A stretch of DNA of 56,059 nt from a virus (taxonomy: Duplodnaviria > Caudoviricetes): IMG/VR virus record IMGVR_UViG_3300033004_000002, positions 1-56,059 of that record. One strand, 5' to 3'. The notes below the pieces were generated by a model. That model did no database searches and had not been told where the DNA came from. It saw only the letters and a program-made list of their open reading frames with translations. The translations under genes were made by a program, and so were the position numbers. The first letter of the stretch is position 1, and each line of letters begins with the position of its first letter. Of this stretch, positions 33,604 through 43,824 are shown piece by piece.

Positions 33604-35619
33604 CTACCTGACTCGTCTTGCGCGGATGTAGCCATAAGCCCCGTTGGTGCTCACCGCAAACGTACTAGTGGCGACCAGGTAAACCGTCGTAGTCCCGGAC
33701 AGTGAATAGCGCGTCGGAGGAATGACGGCATCGATCCCGGGCTGGCTGGCCGAGGTCGCGACGCTGGTTTGATAGGAGTCGACTCGAACGTCCCCGGTGC
33801 CGGTGCCGGCCCGCGCTCCGGGGAAGGTCGCCGAGGTCGTCGTGATCGCTCCGCCGATGAACGTCTGTGTGGTCGACGCGGCCGGCGCCATTGCCACCAT
33901 GCCGGACACGTCCCAATCCCCGGCCGTCAGCGAGATGCTCGTGACGTTGGCCGCGACGCCGGAGGTCAGCGCCACGGCGGACCCGAGAACCACCGAGGCG
34001 GACACGAGCTCGCCGACGCTTCCCGCGGCCGCGTTGTTGTTGGTGTTCGTTCCGACGATGTTGGCAGTGTTCAGCGTCGGGCCGTTTATCGTCGGACTGG
34101 TCAGCGTCGCGCCGGTGGCGCGCACGTAACCGGTGCCCGCGGTGCCCGTCGGCGCGCCGCCGTTGTCGTAGACGGCGCCCTGCACGTTCAGGGTACCGGC
34201 GCCCTCGTTCGCGCCGGTCGGTGCACCGAGCGTCGTGCTACCGTCGGGATAGACGTTGATCCAGTTCGCAAGCGAACTGGTGCCTGTGAAGACGTGCCAG
34301 ACACCGCTCGCATCAGAGGTCGTGCCGGCCGCATTGGTTGCCGACGAGAAATAGACATAGACCTTACGGCCCGTCGCGCCGTCGCCGAGATAGGTGTCCC
34401 GATTGCTGTCGTTGCGGAATGCGACATTGCCCGCGCCGTCGCAGAGCTGGACCATGCTGGTCAGCGAGGACGACAGCCCGCTGCAGCTGCCGAGGATCAT
34501 GTCGTTCGAGCCGGTGATGACGCCCGAGCCAGCCTGGCCAGCGGCGGCAAAGAAGTTTCCGAGCCCCGTCGTCAGAGTCGGCGCTGCATTTTCGCCCAGA
34601 AACAGCCCGCTGCCCGATGTCAGAACCCCGGCGGAATTATAACCAACCGCCGTCGATCCATTGCTGGATAGCGTCGCCGCCGACAGGGCAAACGCGCCGT
34701 AACCCGTGTTTCTGGACGTGGGCGCCGATTGACCGCTGTTCGAGCATGTAAAGTAGCCATGGCAGGTATTGTAATCGCCGAGACCGATGCTGAGCGTGCC
34801 GAGAAGTGCTTTCCAGCCGCTCGAATCGTTGCCGGCGCCATCGATGTTGTAGATCTGGTTGGCCTCGCCCCAGCCTGCGTTGCCAAAGCACGTCGTGCAA
34901 AATTCCCCGGTTTCGAAACCGCCAAACGTATCATAGCTGGCGGTCGTCATGTTGAGGCAGGTCGTGAGACCGATGCAGGCGATGTACCGGCCCTGCAGCG
35001 AGACCGCCGTCATCGCCGTGGGAGATGCGACGGTCTGCGACGGCGAAACCGTATAATGCCCGATGCCGCCGGGCGTTCCGGAGACTTGCGCCCTGATCTG
35101 GGTGCCGACCGTGACGCCTGATCCAGAGAGCGTTGCCGTGCTAATACGCTCGACAGGTACCGTCCCCGTCGTGATCGCGGTCACGTTCATATCCGTGCCG
35201 GTAATCGTCGCCGTGAACGTGCCGGCGTTGTGCACCAGGCTCGTGCCGCCGTTGCCGACCATGAGCGTGGAGTTCGCCAGACCGTTGTCCAGCATCCCGG
35301 TCGAGGGCACGTTCCACAGGACCGTGGTTGCCCCTGTCCCGGAGTCCATCTGCACGGCGCCGAGCGAATTGATCGAAATCGTGGGATTGTTGCGCAGCGT
35401 GAGCCCGCTCGTCCCGTTCCACGTCGGGATGCCGCGATCGGTCGATGATCCGGGGCCGCCGATGGCGCCGAGGCTGGTGCGCGCAGCAGCAGCGGTCGCC
35501 CCGCCCGTCCCGCCCTTCGGGATCGACAGCGGCGAGGTGCCCTGATTGACCTGGGCCAGCGCCGGCTCAGAAATGAGCACGAACGCAAGCGCCAGCGCGA
35601 TGAGGCCGCGGAGCTTCAT
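33604..35619 (-). CDS. Tail fibre/spike-like protein with N-terminal signal peptide
   Basis: G/T/S/A-rich; [20 protein letters not shown]; N-T-x-x-G repeats; C-terminal LTAGDWDV...YIRARRVR domain; signal ...EPALA|Q. Confidence 0.8.
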   Translation of the reverse strand: MKLRGLIALALAFVLISEPALAQVNQGTSPLSIPKGGTGGATAAAARTSLGAIGGPGSSTDRGIPTWNGTSGLTLRNNPTISINSLGAVQMDSGTGATTVLWNVPSTGMLDNGLANSTLMVGNGGTSLVHNAGTFTATITGTDMNVTAITTGTVPVERISTATLSGSGVTVGTQIRAQVSGTPGGIGHYTVSPSQTVASPTAMTAVSLQGRYIACIGLTTCLNMTTASYDTFGGFETGEFCTTCFGNAGWGEANQIYNIDGAGNDSSGWKALLGTLSIGLGDYNTCHGYFTCSNSGQSAPTSRNTGYGAFALSAATLSSNGSTAVGYNSAGVLTSGSGLFLGENAAPTLTTGLGNFFAAAGQAGSGVITGSNDMILGSCSGLSSSLTSMVQLCDGAGNVAFRNDSNRDTYLGDGATGRKVYVYFSSATNAAGTTSDASGVWHVFTGTSSLANWINVYPDGSTTLGAPTGANEGAGTLNVQGAVYDNGGAPTGTAGTGYVRATGATLTSPTINGPTLNTANIVGTNTNNNAAAGSVGELVSASVVLGSAVALTSGVAANVTSISLTAGDWDVSGMVAMAPAASTTQTFIGGAITTTSATFPGARAGTGTGDVRVDSYQTSVATSASQPGIDAVIPPTRYSLSGTTTVYLVATSTFAVSTNGAYGYIRARRVR

Positions 35620-35666
35620 GATGTCAGTCCGATGATGGGATGATGGGAGTTAGGAGTCGCGCGGAA

Positions 35667-36038
35667 TCACTCCGGCGCGACAGGCTCGGGTTTGTCGACA
35701 GGCCCGGCGGGGGTAGCCTGCTTGGTCTTGGCCGCATCGTCGGCGGTTTTCTTCGCGTCAGCCGCTGACTTTGGGGCAGCATCGTCGGCGGCCTTCTTTG
35801 CCGCAGCGGCCTGCGCCCTTTTCACCTCATTCTGCAGTGCCACCACCCACATCGAGATGGAGCGGCACACCGCGGCATCGTTGCGCAGCATCAGCGATGC
35901 CACGCAGCTATCGACCATCGAGGGCAACTGCGCCGCTGCGGTCTGCGCGCCATCATCGAAGTCGATCACAATGGGGGTCGCCGAGGCCGGCGCAGCAATG
36001 AGTGAGGCGGCAAATGCCGCAACATAGATCAGTCTCAT
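35667..36038 (-). CDS. Secreted protein with Lys/Ala-rich tail
   Basis: Signal peptide ...APASA|T; KKAADDAA/KKTADDAA repeat. Confidence 0.75.
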   Translation of the reverse strand: MRLIYVAAFAASLIAAPASATPIVIDFDDGAQTAAAQLPSMVDSCVASLMLRNDAAVCRSISMWVVALQNEVKRAQAAAAKKAADDAAPKSAADAKKTADDAAKTKQATPAGPVDKPEPVAPE

Positions 36039-36089
36039 GGATGGTTTCCCTTATATAGCCGCCGCTTTGAAATGGAGATCAGTGAGCAT

Positions 36090-36494
36090 TCAGTTCGCCG
36101 GCACACAAAAATCCTTGGCGAAGTAGGCATTGATCGACGTCGGATCGAGCGCGATTCCGATATCGATAGCCAGTTCGGCCGCCCGGCGCATGGCGAGCGA
36201 CTGAAACTCAGGATCCCATCGCGCGCTGTTGGGATAGACCTTTCCGTCGATGTTCAGATAGTAGCTCGTGCCCGGTGTCGGCACGTCGGCATGGCCGATG
36301 ATGATGTCGCAGCTTCCGTCTCTCAGGCTCCGCGCGGCGCCCGCACCGACGACCAGATTATTGAAGCCGATGATCTGAGTATGTGCCATTGGTGCGCCAG
36401 GCGGCGAGGTCAGATCGACAGAGGCAACGTCCGCCAGAGCAGGCATGGTAGCTAAGGCCATGGTGACGGACGCAGCGATGATGATGCATCTCAC
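36090..36494 (-). CDS. Secreted protein, fibre-repeat-like
   Basis: Signal peptide ...MPALA|D; AGGAG RBS with GTG start. Confidence 0.7.
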   Translation of the reverse strand: MRCIIIAASVTMALATMPALADVASVDLTSPPGAPMAHTQIIGFNNLVVGAGAARSLRDGSCDIIIGHADVPTPGTSYYLNIDGKVYPNSARWDPEFQSLAMRRAAELAIDIGIALDPTSINAYFAKDFCVPAN

Positions 36495-36524
36495 GGGAAT
36501 CTCCTGAATGTTTGTTGGGAAAGA

Positions 36525-37058
36525 TCAGTACGCGCCCGTCCCATCAGGCAGCGGCGTCAGCGTGATCGAGCCGCCGGCGCCGTCGATGGTGTAGGAATAG
36601 TTCACCGTGGCCATCTGCGTCTGCCCCAGCGCAGGCGTGATGGTGATCGGGTTGGCGACGGTTGCCAGCGCCGACTGGTCGACGATGCGCAGCGGCTTCA
36701 CCCGCGCCGACCAGTCCACCGTCACCGTGAACGGCACCGCATAGACCAAAAGCACGTCATCGGTTGGCAGCGCCGCATAGGGCGAACCCGGCTGGCCAAC
36801 GCCGCCCAGTTTTGTGGTGACCTTGTTCGCCGAGACCGCGCCGATCTGCAGGAACACCGCGACGTTGGTGAGTGGATTCCAGGCCAGCACGTAGGTATTG
36901 GCGGGATCGGAAACCGTCTGGGTCTGCGCGATACCATTGAAGTTGATCGAGACGGTCCAGATGTTGCCCGCCTTGGTGATCGCGACCAGACCCGACCCCT
37001 TCACGGTCGCCGGGAACGGCGAGGAGGTGTTGACCCGCACATTCGCTGGCAATGTCAT
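36525..37058 (-). CDS. Virion/tail accessory protein
   Basis: Beta-rich; coupled in the tail operon. Confidence 0.75.
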   Translation of the reverse strand: MTLPANVRVNTSSPFPATVKGSGLVAITKAGNIWTVSINFNGIAQTQTVSDPANTYVLAWNPLTNVAVFLQIGAVSANKVTTKLGGVGQPGSPYAALPTDDVLLVYAVPFTVTVDWSARVKPLRIVDQSALATVANPITITPALGQTQMATVNYSYTIDGAGGSITLTPLPDGTGAY

Positions 37059-37768
37059 GGCAGACCGTAGGGGTTGGAGGTAGAGGAGACCGCGATCGGC
37101 ATGGTGGCGACGCCGCCGCCGACGATCGGCAGTTTGCCGACGAAGGCCTGTCGCGAGTCATAGCCATCGAACAGCGTCATCGCCGCGCCATAGGTGCGAT
37201 GCCGCAGCTTGGCCATGGTGGAGGCCGGAATCCGGATCTGCAGCTGGCCTAAGCCCACCACCGTGATGCCGTTGCCGAGTTGCGCTGTGATCACCGGCGA
37301 GACCGTGTCGATGCCGATGTCGGAGGAGGACTCCGAATAGCCCGAGCCGTCGGCATGGTAATGGTGGCTGCGGATTTCGAACTCGAAGGCGCAGCCGACC
37401 TGCATCACCAGCACGCCCGTCGACGGCGCGTAGCTCGTGACATAGCCGAACATGGTGTTGAGCCCGGTCGCGTCCGAGATGGTGGCGAAGGCCCCTGCCG
37501 TGATCGCAAGGCCAGCCCCCACCACCAGCGTGACCGCCTGCATCTCGTTGCCGAACGGATAATCCTTGATCGTCAGTGACGTCACCGAGGCCGTGATGAT
37601 GGTGCCGATGGTCACCGTCCATGCGTTGCCGGTGAAGTCCCCCGGCGCGGCCAGGGTCCGGCCCGACAGATCGATCGCAGCGCCGGTGTCGTCATCGAAG
37701 AACGACACCGTGCGAAGCAGGTCTTCGCGGTTGGTCTGGACGGGAAAAAGGACGGGCCATGCATACAT
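37055..37768 (-). CDS. Tail accessory protein (BppU-N-like)
   Basis: DD.G.AIDLSG...NGIT...G...I.IPA pattern. Confidence 0.7.
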   Translation of the reverse strand: MYAWPVLFPVQTNREDLLRTVSFFDDDTGAAIDLSGRTLAAPGDFTGNAWTVTIGTIITASVTSLTIKDYPFGNEMQAVTLVVGAGLAITAGAFATISDATGLNTMFGYVTSYAPSTGVLVMQVGCAFEFEIRSHHYHADGSGYSESSSDIGIDTVSPVITAQLGNGITVVGLGQLQIRIPASTMAKLRHRTYGAAMTLFDGYDSRQAFVGKLPIVGGGVATMPIAVSSTSNPYGLP

Positions 37769-37770
37769 GA

Positions 37771-38775
37771 TCAGAGCTTTATGTAGAAGGTCTTGAGCAT
37801 GGTGGGCTGGACGAGCGGAAACGCCGTGCTGGTGCCGCCTTGCGCGTTGCCGACGAAAGAGGCGGTAATGTTGACGATGGTATTGATGGCGGCAAAGGTT
37901 GCCCCGCCGGGCGTATTGGCCACGCCGTTGGTTTGCCCGATATTGGTTCCGCTGCTGATCGGGACACTGCCGGTCGGCGTGTACGGCGGCAGGTTCGCGG
38001 TCACGAGTGTGCGACTTTGCGATCCACCGCCCACGCCAAGCACGTTCGGCGCCGCGCCGAGATAGGTCGAGGTCAGCCGCCCGGCCAGGATATTGCCCAT
38101 GTCATCGAGGCCGCCCGGGACCCGCCCGCGCATGTCCGGGGTGGCGATGGTCTTGTTGGCGTTGTAATCGTTGAGCGCATTGCCGGTGCGCCCGCCACTG
38201 ACGACTAGGTTCGGATCGATGTTGTAGAGATAGACGAACAGCGCCTGCGTGTCGGCATTGGCCCGTTCGGTGGCGCCCGAGACCGCATTACCGATGGTCA
38301 GCCCGTTTTCCCGCACCCAGCCCGACAGCGGCCCGGTGCCGTACCTGATCTTTTCATCGCCGGTCGCCATGATCGTGGTGGGATCGACCGTGCCACCGCC
38401 GCCCCCGCCGCCTGACGACGGCCCCAGCACCTGCATGGTGGTGTCGACATAGACCAGGCCCTGGCTGTCCGTGAGCCGGATATGGGTCAGCCCGTCGGCG
38501 AGCCAGTGCTGCGGCACCCGTCCGGTGGAATCGCACTGCAGCGGGTTCGGCAGCGGCGCGGTCAGGCCGAAGTCGGAAAAGATGTTCTGCCGGGTTGCCA
38601 CCGTGCCGGCGACATAGAAGTTGAGCAGGCAGCCGATCAGGGGGGCCCCGGTCGAATCAAACTGCTGCACCAGCGACAGTGGCGTGGTACCGGCGCCATG
38701 GGCCGGCGCGAGGCCTATTCCTGCCGCCGTTCCGAGTAAAAGCACAAGTCGTTTCAAGGTCTTGGCTATGGACAT
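37771..38775 (-). CDS. Tail protein with head-binding-like and collar domains; N-terminal signal peptide
   Basis: D..GAPL.G..L.FY.AGT...NP...D..GR; TGD.K...GW...NG.TIG; PDMRGR; QPT...FYIKL; signal ...APAHG|A. Confidence 0.8.
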   Translation of the reverse strand: MSIAKTLKRLVLLLGTAAGIGLAPAHGAGTTPLSLVQQFDSTGAPLIGCLLNFYVAGTVATRQNIFSDFGLTAPLPNPLQCDSTGRVPQHWLADGLTHIRLTDSQGLVYVDTTMQVLGPSSGGGGGGGTVDPTTIMATGDEKIRYGTGPLSGWVRENGLTIGNAVSGATERANADTQALFVYLYNIDPNLVVSGGRTGNALNDYNANKTIATPDMRGRVPGGLDDMGNILAGRLTSTYLGAAPNVLGVGGGSQSRTLVTANLPPYTPTGSVPISSGTNIGQTNGVANTPGGATFAAINTIVNITASFVGNAQGGTSTAFPLVQPTMLKTFYIKL

Positions 38776-38800
38776 GGGGGCCTTTTCCACACGCGCATCG

Positions 38801-38829
38801 TTGCCGGGGGTCAGGAACGGGCGTAAGCT
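38801..38829 (+). promoter_or_regulatory. Sigma70-like promoter TTGCCG-N17-TAAGCT for a leaderless antisense gene
   Basis: 17-bp spacing; ATG 6 nt downstream. Confidence 0.55.
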
Positions 38830-38835
38830 TTGCGG

Positions 38836-39183
38836 ATGTCGATTTTTCAGAAGCAACTGAAGCGCGAGGCCGGATGGGATGTCCGGGTCGCTGTCGTGCT
38901 CGGTGTGATCTTTGCCCTGTGCGGCCTGCTGTTGCCGCGCTGGACCTTCTGGTACTGGTTCACGCCGCTGGCGTTGTTCTGGTTTCGCTATCTCTTGGTG
39001 CGTTGCCGGCGCGACGAGGAGCTATTGCAGGCCGATCTCGCGGCTTCCGGTGGGACTTGCGCCCCGGGCTGCTATCGCAGCGAGGCCGGCATCTGCATTA
39101 CGGATGGCACCCAGCATGTTCTTGTTTTTCGAAATAAGCCGGATGCCCTTCTGCAGCTGCCGCACATCGTCGGAGACGAGTAG
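38836..39183 (+). CDS. Antisense membrane protein; candidate superinfection exclusion (SieA-like position)
   Basis: Two TM segments; own promoter; convergent with the last ejection gene. Confidence 0.55.
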   Translation: MSIFQKQLKREAGWDVRVAVVLGVIFALCGLLLPRWTFWYWFTPLALFWFRYLLVRCRRDEELLQADLAASGGTCAPGCYRSEAGICITDGTQHVLVFRNKPDALLQLPHIVGDE

Positions 39184-41031
39184 CTTCGCGACCTGCTGCG
39201 CCACCCGTTCGTCGATCACCCGATGCCCGCGCGCCGCGCCATAGACCAGCGCCGCATGCATCAGGGCCTGCGGGTCTCCCGTGTAGCTCTCATAGCCACC
39301 GACACCACCGGCCAAGCCCAGCTCGACCAGTTGCCGCGCCGTGGTCGAATTGCCCTGCACCGCAGGCCGCGCCAGATCCATGATATTCTCGACATGCATA
39401 TGGCCCATCACTTCGTTGGCACGGTCGCGGCCGAGCGCGATTTCCAGTTCTTCCTTCGCCGGCCCTGACTTCGCAATGCGGTTGACGATGGTGCGGCGGT
39501 CCGGGTTCTTCTCGATGGTCTGAATCAGGCGGTCGGCATAGCCATCGGCGAACAACTGCTTTTCCTCCGGCGACATTTTCGCAAGCTGCTTGCGCGCCTC
39601 GCGCAGGCCGAACTTCTCGCTTGCGCCGACGAAGTTCTGTCCGGCCTCCAGCGCATCGCCCGCGCCGAAGAACCGCGCAGCACCTGCCCGCGCAGTCGCA
39701 TAGGACGGCACCAGGCTGTCGACATGCTCGCGCAGGATCCGCGCCCAGTCCCGCGCCTCCGGCGTTCCAGTCTTGTCGAGGTTGCGCTTGACGATGTCCC
39801 AGAACTGCAGGTTCGGCTCCATCCTGGAGCCATCCGGGTTGGTCTTTAACTTCAGCCGCCCGGTTTCATCGAACTGGAACGGGTTCTTCGGCGGGGTGAA
39901 GCCGAGCTTGGCCGCATCATTCTTGGCCGACACCATCGCCTTGCGGATGGCATCCTGCACCACAGGAGCCTGGCTGATCTGCTCGAGCGACTCGTCGAAT
40001 TTCAGGTTGGCACCTTCCGAATAGGCCTTGGCGTAGGCCGGGCGGTTCACCGTGCGCGCGACCTTGTCCAAGGCTTCCTGCTGCGCATCCGCGTTCGGAT
40101 AGTGAAAGACGCCCTTCATGCGGTCGGCGAAGCGCGAGGACTGGCTTTCGAAGCGGTCGTTAATTTCCCGGTTGAGCAAAGCGCGGGCTTCTGCCGAGGT
40201 ATTCGCCGCACTCCGCGCCCCGGCACGCGTCGCTTCGCCCCCGATGTCCATCATGTTGACGGGCTGGCCCGCCTGTTTCGCGGCGGCAAATTCCTCAGCC
40301 GTCAACCCTCCAGAGCCCGATCTGATATCTCGGTCCATCCAGCCCGCGACCCGCCGTTCGGCTTCGCCGGCCGGATCACGAATGCCGCGGAGCGTGTTGG
40401 CGATTGGCTGACCCACCACCGCGTTGACGGCGCGTCCAATTGCAGGAGATGCCCCGCCGACGACGGCCCCTACTCCACCCGCTGCAAGCGGATTCTCGCC
40501 TCGCACGGCCGCGTCTGCCGCATCGATGACACCGCCTGACAATGCACCGCGCCCGATCATCTGCGGCAGTGTCTTGCCCGTCAGTCCCAGCGCCTGTGCG
40601 CCCAATTCGGTCGTCGCCGCGCCTCCCGTCGCCCCGATGCCGCCAGCGATTTCCGCCGCGGTATCGACGACCGGATGTTCTTCGTGAAAGGCCTTGTCCT
40701 TCCCCTCCTGGATGTCGAGGGCCTGTTGATAGCGCTCGCCGAAGGTCTGTCCGGGCAGCTTCTGGAAGGACTCTGGCAACAGCGGATCGACAACGGGGGC
40801 GAGGACCGCGTTCGTCGCCGCGTTCGCCTTGTTCAACAGCCCGCCGACGATCGGCACCCCACGCGCCAGCGCACGGCCGACGCCCTCCACCAAGCCCGGC
40901 GCCTGCCCCGACGGCGAAAGCTTCAGCTTCTTCGCAATCATGTCGACCTTGGCATGCTGCTCGTCCTCCGACAGATCAAGAAAACTGTCGTCGACGCGCA
41001 CCTTGCGGCCTTCGATGTTGAGGAGGGGCAT
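39022..41031 (-). CDS. Large DNA ejection (internal virion) protein
   Basis: Ala/Gly-rich helical protein, GNSTTA motif; third gene of the ejection trio. Confidence 0.8.
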   Translation of the reverse strand: MPLLNIEGRKVRVDDSFLDLSEDEQHAKVDMIAKKLKLSPSGQAPGLVEGVGRALARGVPIVGGLLNKANAATNAVLAPVVDPLLPESFQKLPGQTFGERYQQALDIQEGKDKAFHEEHPVVDTAAEIAGGIGATGGAATTELGAQALGLTGKTLPQMIGRGALSGGVIDAADAAVRGENPLAAGGVGAVVGGASPAIGRAVNAVVGQPIANTLRGIRDPAGEAERRVAGWMDRDIRSGSGGLTAEEFAAAKQAGQPVNMMDIGGEATRAGARSAANTSAEARALLNREINDRFESQSSRFADRMKGVFHYPNADAQQEALDKVARTVNRPAYAKAYSEGANLKFDESLEQISQAPVVQDAIRKAMVSAKNDAAKLGFTPPKNPFQFDETGRLKLKTNPDGSRMEPNLQFWDIVKRNLDKTGTPEARDWARILREHVDSLVPSYATARAGAARFFGAGDALEAGQNFVGASEKFGLREARKQLAKMSPEEKQLFADGYADRLIQTIEKNPDRRTIVNRIAKSGPAKEELEIALGRDRANEVMGHMHVENIMDLARPAVQGNSTTARQLVELGLAGGVGGYESYTGDPQALMHAALVYGAARGHRVIDERVAQQVAKLLVSDDVRQLQKGIRLISKNKNMLGAIRNADAGLAAIAARGASPTGSREIGLQ

Positions 41032-42848
41032 TACTTCTCGATGCTCCAGCCGAAACCGTCAGGCGTGGTGTTCTGGAAGGTGGTGGATTTTGACGACGAC
41101 GCGCCGCCCTTGGCGGTCGCGCCGGCTTCCTCGCCGGCCTTCTTCTTCGCGCCGCTGCCGTATTCTTCCTGCGTCTTCTTCAGCGCAGTCTTGGCGGAAT
41201 CGAGCTCCAGTTCCATCTGGTCGAGCGCGGCGTTGATCTGTCCGTTGCTCCACGCCTTGTCGAGAATATCGTGCGCGCGCTCCATGTCGGCCGCACCGAC
41301 GGTCCCCACGGGTTTGAGGATCTTCGCATAGACCGGGATCAGCGATTCCACGGCGACGCCGAGCCGGATCACGTTCGGGTCGCCGGTGCCCTTCTTCGCC
41401 GCCTGGATCAATTTGTTGATGCTGGGATACTCGGTGCGCGGCACCTGCGCGGAGATATCCCGCACCCGCGGAATCAGGCTCTTGGCCTCGTTCTCCGCGA
41501 GCGTCAGGCCGGCTGCGCGGTTCTCCAGGGTGCGCAGGCCTGCGGCTTGCGTTGCGAACTTCTGCCACCGCGTCGACCATTCGCTGGGGTCGCCGCCTTC
41601 GGCGATTTCCTTTTCGGCCGCGGCCGTGCGGATCGCGGTCGCCTGCTGCTGGCCCTGGATGCCGCGGCCCATGTTGGGCGGCAGTTTTCCCGTTTGCCGA
41701 TAGGTCTCCGCGTCCGCATCGAGGGTCGCGCCTGCCTCGCCGCCGGCATTGCCATAGGCCGCCGCAGCCGGGCCCTGATACAAGACCTTCCCAGAGCGCG
41801 GCTCAATCAGCGTCGTGGAGGCGCCGACCGACAGTGGCTTCAGCGAGGCCTCGATGCGATCGGCCCAGCCGTTCAAGGCCTGCGCCTGCTGCTGCCCGTT
41901 CGGCACCTGGCCGACGCGCACCGCTTCCGTGCGCAGCGCCTGAATCGCCTGCTCGGGATCGTTGAAGCCCTTCGGCAACGGCACCTGTGGCGTGATCGGG
42001 CCCTGCGGCTGTTGCGGTGCGTTCGCCGACACAGGTGCGCCAGTTCCCCCGCCGGGCGAGCCCGGCGCACCCGTGCGGCCCGCGGCCGCGCCTGCCGTCG
42101 CTCCCAGCGTCGGCGCAGGCGTGCCCGCGTTCGCAGACGGCGGCAGGTTGCCCCCCGCATCGCCGCCGAACCGATCGTTGAACGACGGCGAGGAATCGGC
42201 CGCCCGTGCGGCGCCGCCCTTCACCGGAGTGCCCGCAATCTCCGGGGCGTACTTGCGCAGGAGCCCTTTAGCCCGCGTCTGCTGGCCCGGCGTCAGGTCG
42301 GCATTGGGATCGACCCCCATCACCTGGGCGATCTTCATGATGGTCTCGCCCGTCGTCTGGTTCTGCGCCGGCAGGCGATCGGTCACCAGCGACGTCACCG
42401 TGCCGGTCCCCGCATCGCCCTGCGGACCGCGTCCGGGAGGCGGCAGCGGCCGGGCCTGCACAGATGCCGGTTGACCTTGCGGGGCAGCCTGCGGCGCCGG
42501 CTGGCCCTGCGGCTGGCCACCTGGCTGCCCCCCGCCGAACATCGGCGACAGCGGCGGCGGCTGCTGCTGCAACAGCCCGATCGCGCCTCCGATATCGCCC
42601 TTGGCCGCGAGGATGCCCGCCGCCTTGCGATAGTCGACCTGCCCGGTCTGCGGATCGGTCGGCAGTCCTCCCGCGAACGCCTTCGACAGTTCGATCTGCT
42701 GCTGGATCTGATCGAGCCGCGCCTTTTCGGTCGCGAGCTTGTACGGATCGTCCGCCGACCAGTTTGCAAAATTGGCAAAGTTCATCAGCGGCGCGGCATA
42801 GCTCGCGCCGCCCGGAGGTGAGACCGCGGTCGGAAACGACGTTGCCAT
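41031..42848 (-). CDS. DNA ejection protein (P22 gp20-like position)
   Basis: Pro/Gln/Gly-rich linker with helical C-terminus. Confidence 0.75.
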   Translation of the reverse strand: MATSFPTAVSPPGGASYAAPLMNFANFANWSADDPYKLATEKARLDQIQQQIELSKAFAGGLPTDPQTGQVDYRKAAGILAAKGDIGGAIGLLQQQPPPLSPMFGGGQPGGQPQGQPAPQAAPQGQPASVQARPLPPPGRGPQGDAGTGTVTSLVTDRLPAQNQTTGETIMKIAQVMGVDPNADLTPGQQTRAKGLLRKYAPEIAGTPVKGGAARAADSSPSFNDRFGGDAGGNLPPSANAGTPAPTLGATAGAAAGRTGAPGSPGGGTGAPVSANAPQQPQGPITPQVPLPKGFNDPEQAIQALRTEAVRVGQVPNGQQQAQALNGWADRIEASLKPLSVGASTTLIEPRSGKVLYQGPAAAAYGNAGGEAGATLDADAETYRQTGKLPPNMGRGIQGQQQATAIRTAAAEKEIAEGGDPSEWSTRWQKFATQAAGLRTLENRAAGLTLAENEAKSLIPRVRDISAQVPRTEYPSINKLIQAAKKGTGDPNVIRLGVAVESLIPVYAKILKPVGTVGAADMERAHDILDKAWSNGQINAALDQMELELDSAKTALKKTQEEYGSGAKKKAGEEAGATAKGGASSSKSTTFQNTTPDGFGWSIEK

Positions 42849-43795
42849 CAGGCCGCCTCGAGGAAACGCGCCAGCTCGGACGCATACTGCGTGGCGAGGT
42901 CGTAGCGCACCGCCTTCCAGCCGCCGATGTCGACCACGGCCGCGGGATTGTGCTGCTCGACCTCCTGCGCCATCAGGCCGATATGCGGCGTCGCATCGCC
43001 CTTGTAGCGATAGGAATAGACGTTCTGGCCGTCGTAAAGCTCGCCGACCTTGGCGATGTCTTCCTTGAGCCGTTCGTCCGACAGCATCGGCAGCAGCGAC
43101 GTGATCCCCGATGTGATTCCCGAGATGGCATTGCCGCCGACCGTGCCGCCGCCCTTGGTGCCCATACCGCCGATGCCGCCCAGCAAATTCCAGAAGTTGC
43201 CGGACGCGTTGTAGGCCGCGAGGTCAGCGTTGGCGTTGGCGTTGCCGATACCGGTCTGGGTCTGGTAGCCGAGATTGGCCAGCGTGTCGTATTGGCCCGC
43301 GGTGGCGCTGCCAAGGCCGGTATTGACGCCGGCAATGCCGCTCGCCGCATTGCCGGCTGCGCCGAGAAACGGCAGCAGGTTCTGAATATAATTTTGATAC
43401 GTGGTGCCGGCGAGACCCTGGTTGTAGTTTGCAAGCGCAATCTTTTCATTGCCGGACGACGTCTTGCCGCTCGCGGCATCTGCCGCGGTGATCGCAGCAT
43501 TGCCCTGCTGCAATGCGAACTGATAGCCCGGCGTATTTTCGAGCGTGGCCAGCGCGGAACTGGTGCCGGACGGTCCACCAAACCCAAGCGCGTTTTTGAG
43601 TTGATCGACCCCGGCCGACGCCGTTCCGTAGTTCTGCATGAACGGCTGCAGCGCGGCCGTATAGTTGGTCTTGAGCGCGTCGATGCCCTGGTTGATGTTG
43701 CCCGAGGCAAGACCATAGGCGCTGTTGAGCCCCGCGATCTGCGCGTTGGCCGCATCCTTTGCCGGCTGGTCGGAAAATATGTCAAAAATACCGAT
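42848..43795 (-). CDS. DNA ejection protein (gp7-like) with C-terminal Peptidase_S74-like chaperone domain; probable ATC start
   Basis: TPGYQFALQQG, SG....AL..Y.QGLA; SDERLKEDI...Y.YRYK...GLMAQEVE...V.Y; AGGAGG-N5-ATC GGT ATT TTT GAC. Confidence 0.8.
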   Translation of the reverse strand: MGIFDIFSDQPAKDAANAQIAGLNSAYGLASGNINQGIDALKTNYTAALQPFMQNYGTASAGVDQLKNALGFGGPSGTSSALATLENTPGYQFALQQGNAAITAADAASGKTSSGNEKIALANYNQGLAGTTYQNYIQNLLPFLGAAGNAASGIAGVNTGLGSATAGQYDTLANLGYQTQTGIGNANANADLAAYNASGNFWNLLGGIGGMGTKGGGTVGGNAISGITSGITSLLPMLSDERLKEDIAKVGELYDGQNVYSYRYKGDATPHIGLMAQEVEQHNPAAVVDIGGWKAVRYDLATQYASELARFLEAA

Positions 43796-43824
43796 TGTCG
43801 CCTCCTGTCAGGTTAGGTGCGATG

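Noticed and set aside
33604-38775. Diversity-generating retroelement or invertible fibre cassette
   Set aside because: No reverse transcriptase, template/variable repeat pair or invertase seen.
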